IMG/VR virus record: IMGVR_UViG_3300044712_001463
DNA: 30,861 nucleotides
DNA from: a virus
Lineage: Duplodnaviria > Heunggongvirae > Uroviricota > Caudoviricetes
Strand: one strand, 5' to 3'
Shown here one piece after another: positions 8,168-15,373 of this stretch. The translations under genes and the position numbers were made by a program. Each line of letters starts with the position of its first letter. Position 1 is the first letter of the stretch. The notes beneath the pieces were generated by a model. It was not told where the DNA came from and ran no database searches. It saw only the letters and a list, made by a program, of their open reading frames with translations.

Positions 8168-8773
8168 ATGACTAGAACTATTGCAATCCTAGGCGGGTCT
8201 TTCAATCCAGTGACCAACGGTCATTTGGCTGTGGCTAATTGCGTTTTAAAAAGCATTAGAGATATAGAATGTGTGTATTTGATGCCAGCAAATAAACATA
8301 TGTTTGGAAAAGAGAATGAGTATTGGAAAAATCGATTGGACTTATTGAAATTGGTAGAAACCGATAGGATAAAAGTATTCACATATGAAATTGACAATAA
8401 TCTGAACGGGTCAACATATGAAACAATGAAAATGTTAAAGTCGGATCCTGAATACAAAGATACCAACTTTCTTTTTATTGTTGGGTCTGATTGTCTTTCT
8501 AATCTTCATAGATGGAAAAACATAAAAGGTCTTGGAGAACTAGTTGATTTGGTTGTTGTAAAAAGAGAAGGATTTTCAATAGAGCCAGAAGATTTAAGCG
8601 AGCAACAAAAAGAAGCCCTATTTTGTTTCAATAAGTTTATTATGTTAGATTGTGCGACGGAATCATTTTCCTCTACACAAGTAAGAAAAGTATTGACAAG
8701 TGGTGGCGATATAAGTAAAATGGTACCACACAAAGTCTTTGAGGCTATTCATGCAAACCTTCCTTCCTTATAA
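8168..8773 (+). CDS. nadD: Nicotinate-nucleotide adenylyltransferase
   Basis: ILGGSFNPVTNGH ((H/T)xGH), IVGSDCL, SSTQVRK. Confidence 0.9.
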   Translation: MTRTIAILGGSFNPVTNGHLAVANCVLKSIRDIECVYLMPANKHMFGKENEYWKNRLDLLKLVETDRIKVFTYEIDNNLNGSTYETMKMLKSDPEYKDTNFLFIVGSDCLSNLHRWKNIKGLGELVDLVVVKREGFSIEPEDLSEQQKEALFCFNKFIMLDCATESFSSTQVRKVLTSGGDISKMVPHKVFEAIHANLPSL

Positions 8774-9254
8774 AAACTTCAATCTATGCGCTAGGGCACT
8801 TGATAGAAAGAGACTTGGCAAGCAACGCGTCGAGGCTCTTCAGATACTTTATGCCCTTACTGGATTGAGCGCATCTATTGTAAATCCCGCCGTTGGAGAA
8901 GAGTATACAAAAACAACCACAAAGAAACATGGTTGGAGTAATCATCCAGCAGTCCTGATGTGGAAGGGGCATGAACGCGCCTTGATTCGGTATGGTATTG
9001 CAATGTGCCAAGAATGGATTAGGCTAGGATACAAAGATACTTGCACTAAAAAGTTTTTGTATGTCCAGTCATTGCTCAAAGATGCAAGTGATAGCAATCC
9101 CTGGTGGCTTGGTGATGACAGGCTTCATTCTAGTCATAGGTCAAATCTAATAAGAAAAGATTCATCTTTCTATGGTAATACTTTTAAGGAAGATGATTCG
9201 ATGCCATATTTTTGGCCAACAAGGGAGACTATAAATGAAGTCAAAGCTGCTTAG
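8751..9254 (+). CDS. Pyrimidine-dimer DNA glycosylase-like protein (MSMEG_6728/T4 endonuclease V-like family)
   Basis: MQTFLPY...ALDRKRLGKQRVEALQIL...NHPAVLMWKGHE...HSSHRSNLIRKD; GAGG RBS before ATG 8751; overlaps the nadD 3' end. Confidence 0.85.
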   Translation: MQTFLPYKNFNLCARALDRKRLGKQRVEALQILYALTGLSASIVNPAVGEEYTKTTTKKHGWSNHPAVLMWKGHERALIRYGIAMCQEWIRLGYKDTCTKKFLYVQSLLKDASDSNPWWLGDDRLHSSHRSNLIRKDSSFYGNTFKEDDSMPYFWPTRETINEVKAA

Positions 9255-9648
9255 TATTCTAAGGGAATCATATAAGTTGATTGATAAGGATGATGCAATA
9301 GAACAAGATGCCAAGTTTATTGCTAAGGTATCTTTTAGGTATTACTTAACAAACAAGTTTATTACTAGACAGTTTGCAATTTATGATGTTAGATTTGTAA
9401 CAACGCTATTGTTTTGGTTCTTGTCAATATTAGGCATGTTTCTTGGTCATTATTTAAATCTTCCAGCAATTTATTTCTTTTTGATATTTATAACAACTTC
9501 TTATTTGATTTATATAGAGTTCAATGGTTTTAAGATACTGCGTAAAAAAAGGATACGACTACTAAAGAATATCCTTCATAATCCCAAAAACACATTTCTT
9601 GATGATGAAACAATAAAGAATTTAAAAGAAGCGATCGGAGAAGAATGA
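9235..9648 (+). CDS. Membrane protein, hypothetical
   Basis: Two central hydrophobic helices; overlaps the upstream stop. Confidence 0.65.
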   Translation: MKSKLLSILRESYKLIDKDDAIEQDAKFIAKVSFRYYLTNKFITRQFAIYDVRFVTTLLFWFLSILGMFLGHYLNLPAIYFFLIFITTSYLIYIEFNGFKILRKKRIRLLKNILHNPKNTFLDDETIKNLKEAIGEE

Positions 9649-9661
9649 CAGAAATTTTTAC

Positions 9662-9689
9662 TTGACAAGTTAGCAAATCTAAGTATAAT
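9662..9689 (+). promoter_or_regulatory. sigma70-like promoter, 16-bp spacer
   Basis: TTGACA(9662-9667)-N16-TATAAT(9684-9689). Confidence 0.85.
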
Positions 9690-9727
9690 AGTGTTCATCA
9701 GACAATAATCCATATATGGAGGAACAG

Positions 9728-10180
9728 ATGGCAAATGTTACTTTGGCAAAGGCTTTGAATGTTAAGAACAAGTTGGCTGGCGAGATTAACTTGCTCCAGC
9801 AACGCATCCAGGCTTGCAACACTTACGTTGATGGTAAGGTTGGCAACTTTGATGTGAAAAAGATGATGGCTGAACTCTTCGAAAAGAAGGTTCGGCTGAT
9901 TGCCATTAAGACGGCAATCTCGACCGCAAACACGGCAATCTATGACAAGATTGAGCGTGTGAAGGAACTTAAGGGAGACATTGTCTTCCTTGGTTCAGTC
10001 CCGTGTCGGGAACACAAGGATGTCTCTGGTTACGGAGAGCACCGCACGGAGCGTGTTTTTGATTGTGTTTATAAGGACGTTGAGATTGCAAAGATGGTTG
10101 AGGAGCGTTCTGCGCAGATTGAGCAGTTGCAGGATGAAATCAACTATTTCAATAACACTACCAAGATTGATATTCCTTGA
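9728..10180 (+). CDS. DIP1984/DUF6847-like helical (coiled-coil) protein
   Basis: GGAGG RBS; N-terminal TLAKAL..KNKL..EI..LQQRI and C-terminal IEQLQDEINYFNNTTKI match the family pattern as recalled. Confidence 0.65.
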   Translation: MANVTLAKALNVKNKLAGEINLLQQRIQACNTYVDGKVGNFDVKKMMAELFEKKVRLIAIKTAISTANTAIYDKIERVKELKGDIVFLGSVPCREHKDVSGYGEHRTERVFDCVYKDVEIAKMVEERSAQIEQLQDEINYFNNTTKIDIP

Positions 10181-10192
10181 GTAGTGTTGCAC

Positions 10193-10398
10193 GGTGGGGA
10201 GGATGGTGACGAGTAATAGTTGAGAGGTGGCTTGGACGCGCCTGAACAGGGCGCATCCATATTACCTTCGCAGATCAGGACGATGATGAGCATAAGCTTA
10301 AAACACTTAATCTCTTAATCTAATCCTAAAGCCTCAACAATTAAAACTCTTTCGGCCATCCTTAACTGTGAAAGCATCATCCTCCCTGCCACCCTTTT
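10193..10398 (+). ncRNA. Putative ~200-nt structured RNA (nested long-range stems, internal hairpin, G-poor repeat loop)
   Basis: GGTGG/CCACC plus GGAGGATGGTG/CATCATCCTCC closing stem; TAGTTGAG-A-GGTGGCT (10217-10232) pairs with GGCCATCCTTAACTG (10354-10368); hairpin at 10234-10258; ends in CUUUU. Confidence 0.7.
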
Positions 10399-10412
10399 AA
10401 CATGGAGATAAA

Positions 10413-10643
10413 ATGAAGTTCTATATTCATTATAGGTATAATGCGAAAAATTTTCCAAAAGTTAGATATGAAGCAATTATGGCTAGTTTTAAAAAAATGC
10501 CTAAAAACTTTTCCTATGATGATGACAGGATTTGTGATATTGGAATGGGCAGGAATAAGGAAGAGGCACTTAAAGATTTAAAGGAAAGAACTCTTAGGAA
10601 TTTCCATTTTGCAGTAGATATGATGCGGACCATTGGATACTAA
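10413..10643 (+). CDS. Small hypothetical protein
   Basis: GGAG RBS; ORF track; contains DIGMGRNKEEALKDL. Confidence 0.65.
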   Translation: MKFYIHYRYNAKNFPKVRYEAIMASFKKMPKNFSYDDDRICDIGMGRNKEEALKDLKERTLRNFHFAVDMMRTIGY

Positions 10644-10656
10644 AAAGGAGAAAGTC

Positions 10657-11313
10657 ATGGGAAATAAACACTATGTAGTCGCCAGCCAGACTGCTTCACT
10701 TGATGTTGATCCTCAAATTGGATTTACGCCACTTAGCCCAAGTGAACTTCCAGTAGCAGATGGAAATCTTATTGTTGATGAATTGAATAAGAATGCAACT
10801 AAGGCTCAGAGGCGCCTAGCCTCTAAGGATGCGCATAATCCAGTTGGAACCTGGATTGCAACAAATGAAAATCCTCAATTCTCACCTGTTGGAACGGCTA
10901 ATGTTGATATTCGCTGGAACCGGCACTGTGAGGTTGGCACTAGGGGCATGGACTTCATTCCTGGGCTACCGAAGCCACTTGAGTATGACTTTGTGGCATA
11001 CAAGGGCATTGAGGCTGATTCTCACCCCTATGGTGCGTGCTATCACGACCTTGCAGACAAGCAAAGCACTGGGCTTATTGAATACCTGCTTCGCTGGGAT
11101 GTCAAGGAAGTCATTGTCGGCGGACTTGCTCTTGACTACTGCGTAAAGACAACGGTCTTGCAATTGGTCAAGGCTGGCTTTAAGGTTATCGTTAATCTTG
11201 CATCAACAAAGGCTATTGATTTCAATGGAAGTAAGCAGGCATCGATTGATGAAATGAAAACTGCTGGAGTTATTTTCGTTGACTCTGCGGATGACATTGT
11301 TTGTGTCAGGTGA
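10657..11313 (+). CDS. pncA: Nicotinamidase (isochorismatase family)
   Basis: DVDPQIGF, SKDAH, RHC, YKG, GLALDYCVKTT give the D-K-C triad and metal ligands; AAGGAG RBS before ATG 10657. Confidence 0.9.
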   Translation: MGNKHYVVASQTASLDVDPQIGFTPLSPSELPVADGNLIVDELNKNATKAQRRLASKDAHNPVGTWIATNENPQFSPVGTANVDIRWNRHCEVGTRGMDFIPGLPKPLEYDFVAYKGIEADSHPYGACYHDLADKQSTGLIEYLLRWDVKEVIVGGLALDYCVKTTVLQLVKAGFKVIVNLASTKAIDFNGSKQASIDEMKTAGVIFVDSADDIVCVR

Positions 11314-11323
11314 CAGATTTCAC

Positions 11324-11351
11324 TTGACAAGTAGAGAGGTCTCGGTATAAT
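11324..11351 (+). promoter_or_regulatory. sigma70-like promoter for pncB, 16-bp spacer, embedded in a hairpin
   Basis: TTGACA(11324-11329)-N16-TATAAT(11346-11351). Confidence 0.8.
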
Positions 11352-11371
11352 AGTTACCGAGACCTCTTTTT
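11335..11371 (+). terminator. Intrinsic terminator or cruciform overlapping the pncB -10 box
   Basis: AGAGGTCTCGGTA-TAATAGT-TACCGAGACCTCT, perfect 13-bp inverted repeat followed by a T-run. Confidence 0.75.
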
Positions 11372-11397
11372 GTATGCATGCCACTATGGGAGCGAAA

Positions 11398-12570
11398 ATG
11401 ACTATTATCAATTCATTGCTAGATACGGATTTTTATAAGTTTTCGATGCTCCAGGCTATAATCCATCAATTTCCGCATTGTATTGCGGAATATGAATTTG
11501 TATGCAGAAATGAAGATGTGAGATTCCCTCCCGAGTTCTTAAAGGAACTAAACAAAGAGTTGGATCATCTTTGTTCCCTCCGTTTTACCGAAGATGAACT
11601 TTCTTACCTTTCAAAGATACGTTTTTTCAAGCCCGACTTCATTGAATACCTTAGAATGTTCCAGCTCGATAGGAATAAGATTATCGCAACTGTTAATGAT
11701 GGTCGTCTATATATCCGTGCCAAGGGTGCTTTCCAGTCAGCAACAATGTTTGAGGTTTATGTCCTTAGTATTGTTAATGAACTTTATTTCAGACTCAAAG
11801 ACAAGGAAGATCCATTTGTTCTTGAAGAAGGAAGGATTACCCTTGAAAATAATTTGAACATGTATACTTCTCCATATAACCATGGGATTAAATTTGCTGA
11901 TTTTGGAACTCGTCGTCGGTATTCATTTGCCTGGCATGATGAAGTGATTCAATACTTGCTAAAGCATGGGCATGGCATTCTTGGCGGAACTAGTAACGTC
12001 TTTTTCGCTAAGAAGTATGGAATCATTCCAGTTGGAACAATGGCGCATGAAATCTTCATGGCTAGTCAGCAACTTACAAGGCTTAAGGAGAGTCAGCAAT
12101 TTACTCTCCAGAAGTGGGCTGATGAATATCGTGGAGATTTAGGGGTGGCACTTACCGATACCATTGGTGTCGATGCGTTTCTTCGTGACTTCGACCTTTA
12201 CTTTGCCAAGTTGTTCGATGGCGTCCGGCATGATAGCGGAGACCCCAAAGAGTTTGCCAATAAGATTATCGAACACTATAAGAAACTCGGTATCGACCCC
12301 AAGACCAAGAGCATCACGTTCTCTGATGGATTAACATTCAAAAAGATGTTGGATCTTCGTGTCTTTAATGGTGAGATTAAAGTTCTATTTGGAATTGGCA
12401 CTAAGTTGACAAATGATATGGGTGAAGGGCACAAGCCTTTGAATATCGTTATGAAGATGGTTACTTGCAATGGTCAGCCAGTTGCCAAGATTAGCGATGG
12501 TGCAGGAAAGACCATGTGTCATGATCCTCTATTTATTGATTATCTTAAGCAGCAGTTTGGAGTTAAGTGA
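11398..12570 (+). CDS. pncB: Nicotinate phosphoribosyltransferase
   Basis: LLDTDFYKFSM, DFGTRRR, GTMAHE (phospho-His), RHDSGDP, FSDGL, FGIGT, KISD; GGGAG RBS before ATG 11398. Confidence 0.95.
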   Translation: MTIINSLLDTDFYKFSMLQAIIHQFPHCIAEYEFVCRNEDVRFPPEFLKELNKELDHLCSLRFTEDELSYLSKIRFFKPDFIEYLRMFQLDRNKIIATVNDGRLYIRAKGAFQSATMFEVYVLSIVNELYFRLKDKEDPFVLEEGRITLENNLNMYTSPYNHGIKFADFGTRRRYSFAWHDEVIQYLLKHGHGILGGTSNVFFAKKYGIIPVGTMAHEIFMASQQLTRLKESQQFTLQKWADEYRGDLGVALTDTIGVDAFLRDFDLYFAKLFDGVRHDSGDPKEFANKIIEHYKKLGIDPKTKSITFSDGLTFKKMLDLRVFNGEIKVLFGIGTKLTNDMGEGHKPLNIVMKMVTCNGQPVAKISDGAGKTMCHDPLFIDYLKQQFGVK

Positions 12571-12680
12571 TGAAATCCATTAAGAGAATAATTAGCGCGG
12601 CATGGAAAAAGGTAATTGAGTTTTGTGACATAACTGTTGATTTTTGGAATAAGGATAAGGAGGAAGACCATGGCTATTAA
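12570..12680 (+). CDS. 36-aa small protein not in the ORF track (MKSIKRIISAAWKKVIEFCDITVDFWNKDKEEDHGY)
   Basis: TGATG coupling to the pncB stop, GGAG at 12559-12562; fills the gap exactly and overlaps the next start. Confidence 0.5.
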   Translation: MKSIKRIISAAWKKVIEFCDITVDFWNKDKEEDHGY

Positions 12681-12990
12681 GATGATTAAGAAGACTCTAT
12701 ATATATTTACAGATGATAGGGTTCCAGGCTCTCTAGAATATAGAGGCGGCAACACTTTTATATATAGGTATAATCAATCAGTAATACATGGACACTATTC
12801 GGTGTTTAGTGGAATAGCCATCAATGGAGATGCTTTTTGGGATCCCACTGAAGAGAATATTCATGCTTGCGCCCAACATATTATGGATGATAAGGCAAGT
12901 GAGATAAATGAGCAGAGGCAGGAGATAAATGAGAAGAAGAAAGAGTCTAAGGTCTCTTTCTTTAAGCGTCTATTTGGGGGAAAGTCATGA
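12670..12990 (+). CDS. Hypothetical protein
   Basis: AAGGAGG RBS before ATG 12670; ATGA overlap with nadE. Confidence 0.7.
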   Translation: MAIKMIKKTLYIFTDDRVPGSLEYRGGNTFIYRYNQSVIHGHYSVFSGIAINGDAFWDPTEENIHACAQHIMDDKASEINEQRQEINEKKKESKVSFFKRLFGGKS

Positions 12991-14720
12991 AGATTATGTT
13001 GGCTCAAATCAATACGACCCCTAATGACTTTGTTGGAAATTACAATAAAATCATTGATGGCATTGAACAAGCCAAAGCAGAAGGCTGTAAACTAGCTGTA
13101 TTTCCAGAGCTAAGCATCTGTGGTTATGGCGTCAAGGATTTGGTTTACAAGCCAGGCTTCATTGAGAAAAACTCAAAGACTCTCAGGGAAATTATTGATT
13201 ATTCCTCGCAGGAGCCTGTGAGTGGAATAACTATTGTTGTTGGTTATATCGATGAAAACACAACTGGAGAAGGCAAGCCATTCCGTAATATGGCGGCTGT
13301 AATTCGGGGCGGCAGAATTCTTTGCACCTACCAGAAGCGCCTATTGCCGTTCTATGATGTTTTTGATGAGGGTCGCTGGTTTGAGCCTGGAAAAGAGAAC
13401 GCTGTCTTTGATATCGATGGCGTTAAGTGGGGTGTTATTATCTGTGAGGATGGTTGGCACTCGGATAAGGGCGAAACTGGACTTATCAATCATCACGTTG
13501 ATCCTTTGCAGAGTTATAAGGACATCGGCGTAAAAAACATTGTGAGTCTAAATAGTAGCCCTTATTATCATGGCAAGGACATTGTGAGACTTCAGACCTT
13601 TAGAGATAAGTGCACGGAACTTGGCTTTGATCTGTTGGTCTATTGTAATCAGAGTGGTGGGCAGGATGAACTCGTGTTTGATGGCAATGGATTCGTGGTC
13701 GGCAAGGATTCCTACATTCATGACACCTTCCAATCGGCTTTCCCTAGATACGGTAGAGACACATTTAATAAGGAATATTTTGTAGTTGATACCGAGCAGG
13801 GCGGAATCTCGGTAAGTCATAGTAGACAAGCGGAATACCTTCGCATGGCAGTAGTTGGGCTCCAGGATTATGCTAGAAAGACAAAGCAAAAGAAGTTTGT
13901 GATTGGCTCTAGCGGTGGAGTAGATAGCGCCCTAGTAATTAGTCTCGCCTGTATTGCATTCGGACCTGAGAATGTAACAGGTATTCGTATGCCATCTGCT
14001 ATCAGTAGTCAGGGGAGTAAGGATGATGCCTTGAGACTCCATCAGAATTGGGGATGTAAAGACTTGATGGTTTCAATTGATCATCAGGATTTCCTTGCTC
14101 ATGTAAACTCTGGACTAGGATTGGAGCAAGGAAATTATCATGCTGTTGCCGACGAGAACATTCAGGCTCGTATGCGTGGTCAGATTGTGATGCACTATAG
14201 CAACGCAACTGGAGCCCTACCTCTTACAACGGGTAACAAGACTGAGTTGAGTCTCGGATATTGCACACTCTACGGTGACATGTCGGGTGGTTTCAATCCG
14301 ATTGGCGATATGTATAAGTATATGGTTTATGAGATGTGCAAATTGATTAATGAGTTTTATGGAAACAAGATACCTAAGGAGATTATTGAAAAGGCTCCAT
14401 CGGCTGAATTAGCCCCTGGACAGACTGATGAAAAGTCATTGATGCCATATCGACTTCTTGATAAGATTGTTGAGGAGTATGTTGAGAACTATATCTGCAA
14501 TCTTGCACAGTTCAAGGCTAAGATTGAAAAGACAGGATTGCATACCTCTGGTCTTTGGGCACTTCAACCAGAGGATATCACAATCTTAGATGAAAAGTAT
14601 GACCAGATGATTCGTAGGACCGATAACTGTGAGTTTAAGCGTAGACAGGCTGCTCCTTGTATCAAGCTTACCAAGAAGAGTTTTGGAACTGGGCGACGCA
14701 TGCCTATTGCCAGAGGATAA
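12987..14720 (+). CDS. nadE: Glutamine-dependent NAD+ synthetase (nitrilase domain plus synthetase domain)
   Basis: FPEL, YQKRLLP, ICEDGW (E-K-C triad); SSGGVDS, ENIQARMR, TGNKTE, APSAEL, KRRQAAP. Confidence 0.96.
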   Translation: MKIMLAQINTTPNDFVGNYNKIIDGIEQAKAEGCKLAVFPELSICGYGVKDLVYKPGFIEKNSKTLREIIDYSSQEPVSGITIVVGYIDENTTGEGKPFRNMAAVIRGGRILCTYQKRLLPFYDVFDEGRWFEPGKENAVFDIDGVKWGVIICEDGWHSDKGETGLINHHVDPLQSYKDIGVKNIVSLNSSPYYHGKDIVRLQTFRDKCTELGFDLLVYCNQSGGQDELVFDGNGFVVGKDSYIHDTFQSAFPRYGRDTFNKEYFVVDTEQGGISVSHSRQAEYLRMAVVGLQDYARKTKQKKFVIGSSGGVDSALVISLACIAFGPENVTGIRMPSAISSQGSKDDALRLHQNWGCKDLMVSIDHQDFLAHVNSGLGLEQGNYHAVADENIQARMRGQIVMHYSNATGALPLTTGNKTELSLGYCTLYGDMSGGFNPIGDMYKYMVYEMCKLINEFYGNKIPKEIIEKAPSAELAPGQTDEKSLMPYRLLDKIVEEYVENYICNLAQFKAKIEKTGLHTSGLWALQPEDITILDEKYDQMIRRTDNCEFKRRQAAPCIKLTKKSFGTGRRMPIARG

Positions 14721-14721
14721 G

Positions 14722-15300
14722 ATGCCTAAAAAGAAAAAAGAACAAGACGCACAGGAAGAACAAGAAGTTCAAAAAGTGGTCCAAAAAATTGAAGACGATG
14801 ATGATGAAAATGGTGGGTCATCGAGAAAACTCCAAGACAACGGAGTTGGACATGGTCCGTATTCAAAATTGCTTGCTGGATGTAAAAGGGCAATTCTTGA
14901 ATATAAAGTCTGTGGAAATTTAACATCTGCTTGCCTTGCTTATGCAAAGCCAAACGGTAGCGTTAGACTTTATTTATATGATAAGGAAACAATTAAAAAG
15001 TTAGAAGAAGATATGGGAATGAAGGTAGATTTTCAAATGATTGAAAAAAAGATAGCAGAATATGGATATCTTGTAAGACCAGTAAATTATGTAGAGGAAG
15101 GGAGAGCGTCCGAGCCTCTGCCTTCTGGGAAAAAGATAACAAAAAAGCAAGAGGCTATAAATAAAAAGAAAGATAAAATAAAGAAAAAAGTCGATGGTTT
15201 AGAGGATAAATTAAGTAAAATCAAAAATCAGAAATGTGACCGAGCAAACAAATTAAAGGAAAAAATAAAAGAACTAACAACTAGAATGGATAGGCTCTAA
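14722..15300 (+). CDS. Highly charged hypothetical protein
   Basis: GAGG RBS, ATG 2 nt after the nadE stop; acidic N-terminus and Lys-rich coiled-coil C-terminus. Confidence 0.7.
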   Translation: MPKKKKEQDAQEEQEVQKVVQKIEDDDDENGGSSRKLQDNGVGHGPYSKLLAGCKRAILEYKVCGNLTSACLAYAKPNGSVRLYLYDKETIKKLEEDMGMKVDFQMIEKKIAEYGYLVRPVNYVEEGRASEPLPSGKKITKKQEAINKKKDKIKKKVDGLEDKLSKIKNQKCDRANKLKEKIKELTTRMDRL

Positions 15301-15303
15301 AAC

Positions 15304-15325
15304 AAGCCCCTAGAAATAGGGGCTT
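15304..15325. terminator. Intrinsic terminator
   Basis: AAGCCCCTA-GAAA-TAGGGGCTT (GNRA loop). Confidence 0.75.
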
Positions 15326-15332
15326 AATTATT

Positions 15333-15350
15333 TTATAAAAAAGTAGTACA
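15333..15350 (+). promoter_or_regulatory. Candidate late-promoter motif
   Basis: ATTTTATAAAAAAGTAGTACA just after a terminator; no sigma70 boxes nearby. Confidence 0.55.
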
Positions 15351-15373
15351 GAAATACACTAATGGAGAGGTTC

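Noticed and set aside
10181-10398. tRNA, tmRNA, group I/II intron, CRISPR array or known NAD riboswitch
   Set aside because: No cloverleaf or T-loop, no tag ORF, no splice context, no repeat-spacer pattern, and no motif I recognise from known riboswitch classes. Kept as an unclassified structured RNA pending an Rfam search.
11398-12570. Calling the NAD block a known NARP1 or NARP2 system
   Set aside because: The PRTase has PncB-type motifs (DTDFYKFSM, GTMAHE) and is accompanied by PncA and NadE, which a Nampt route would not need. No Prs-like ADPR-PP synthetase or Namat is visible.
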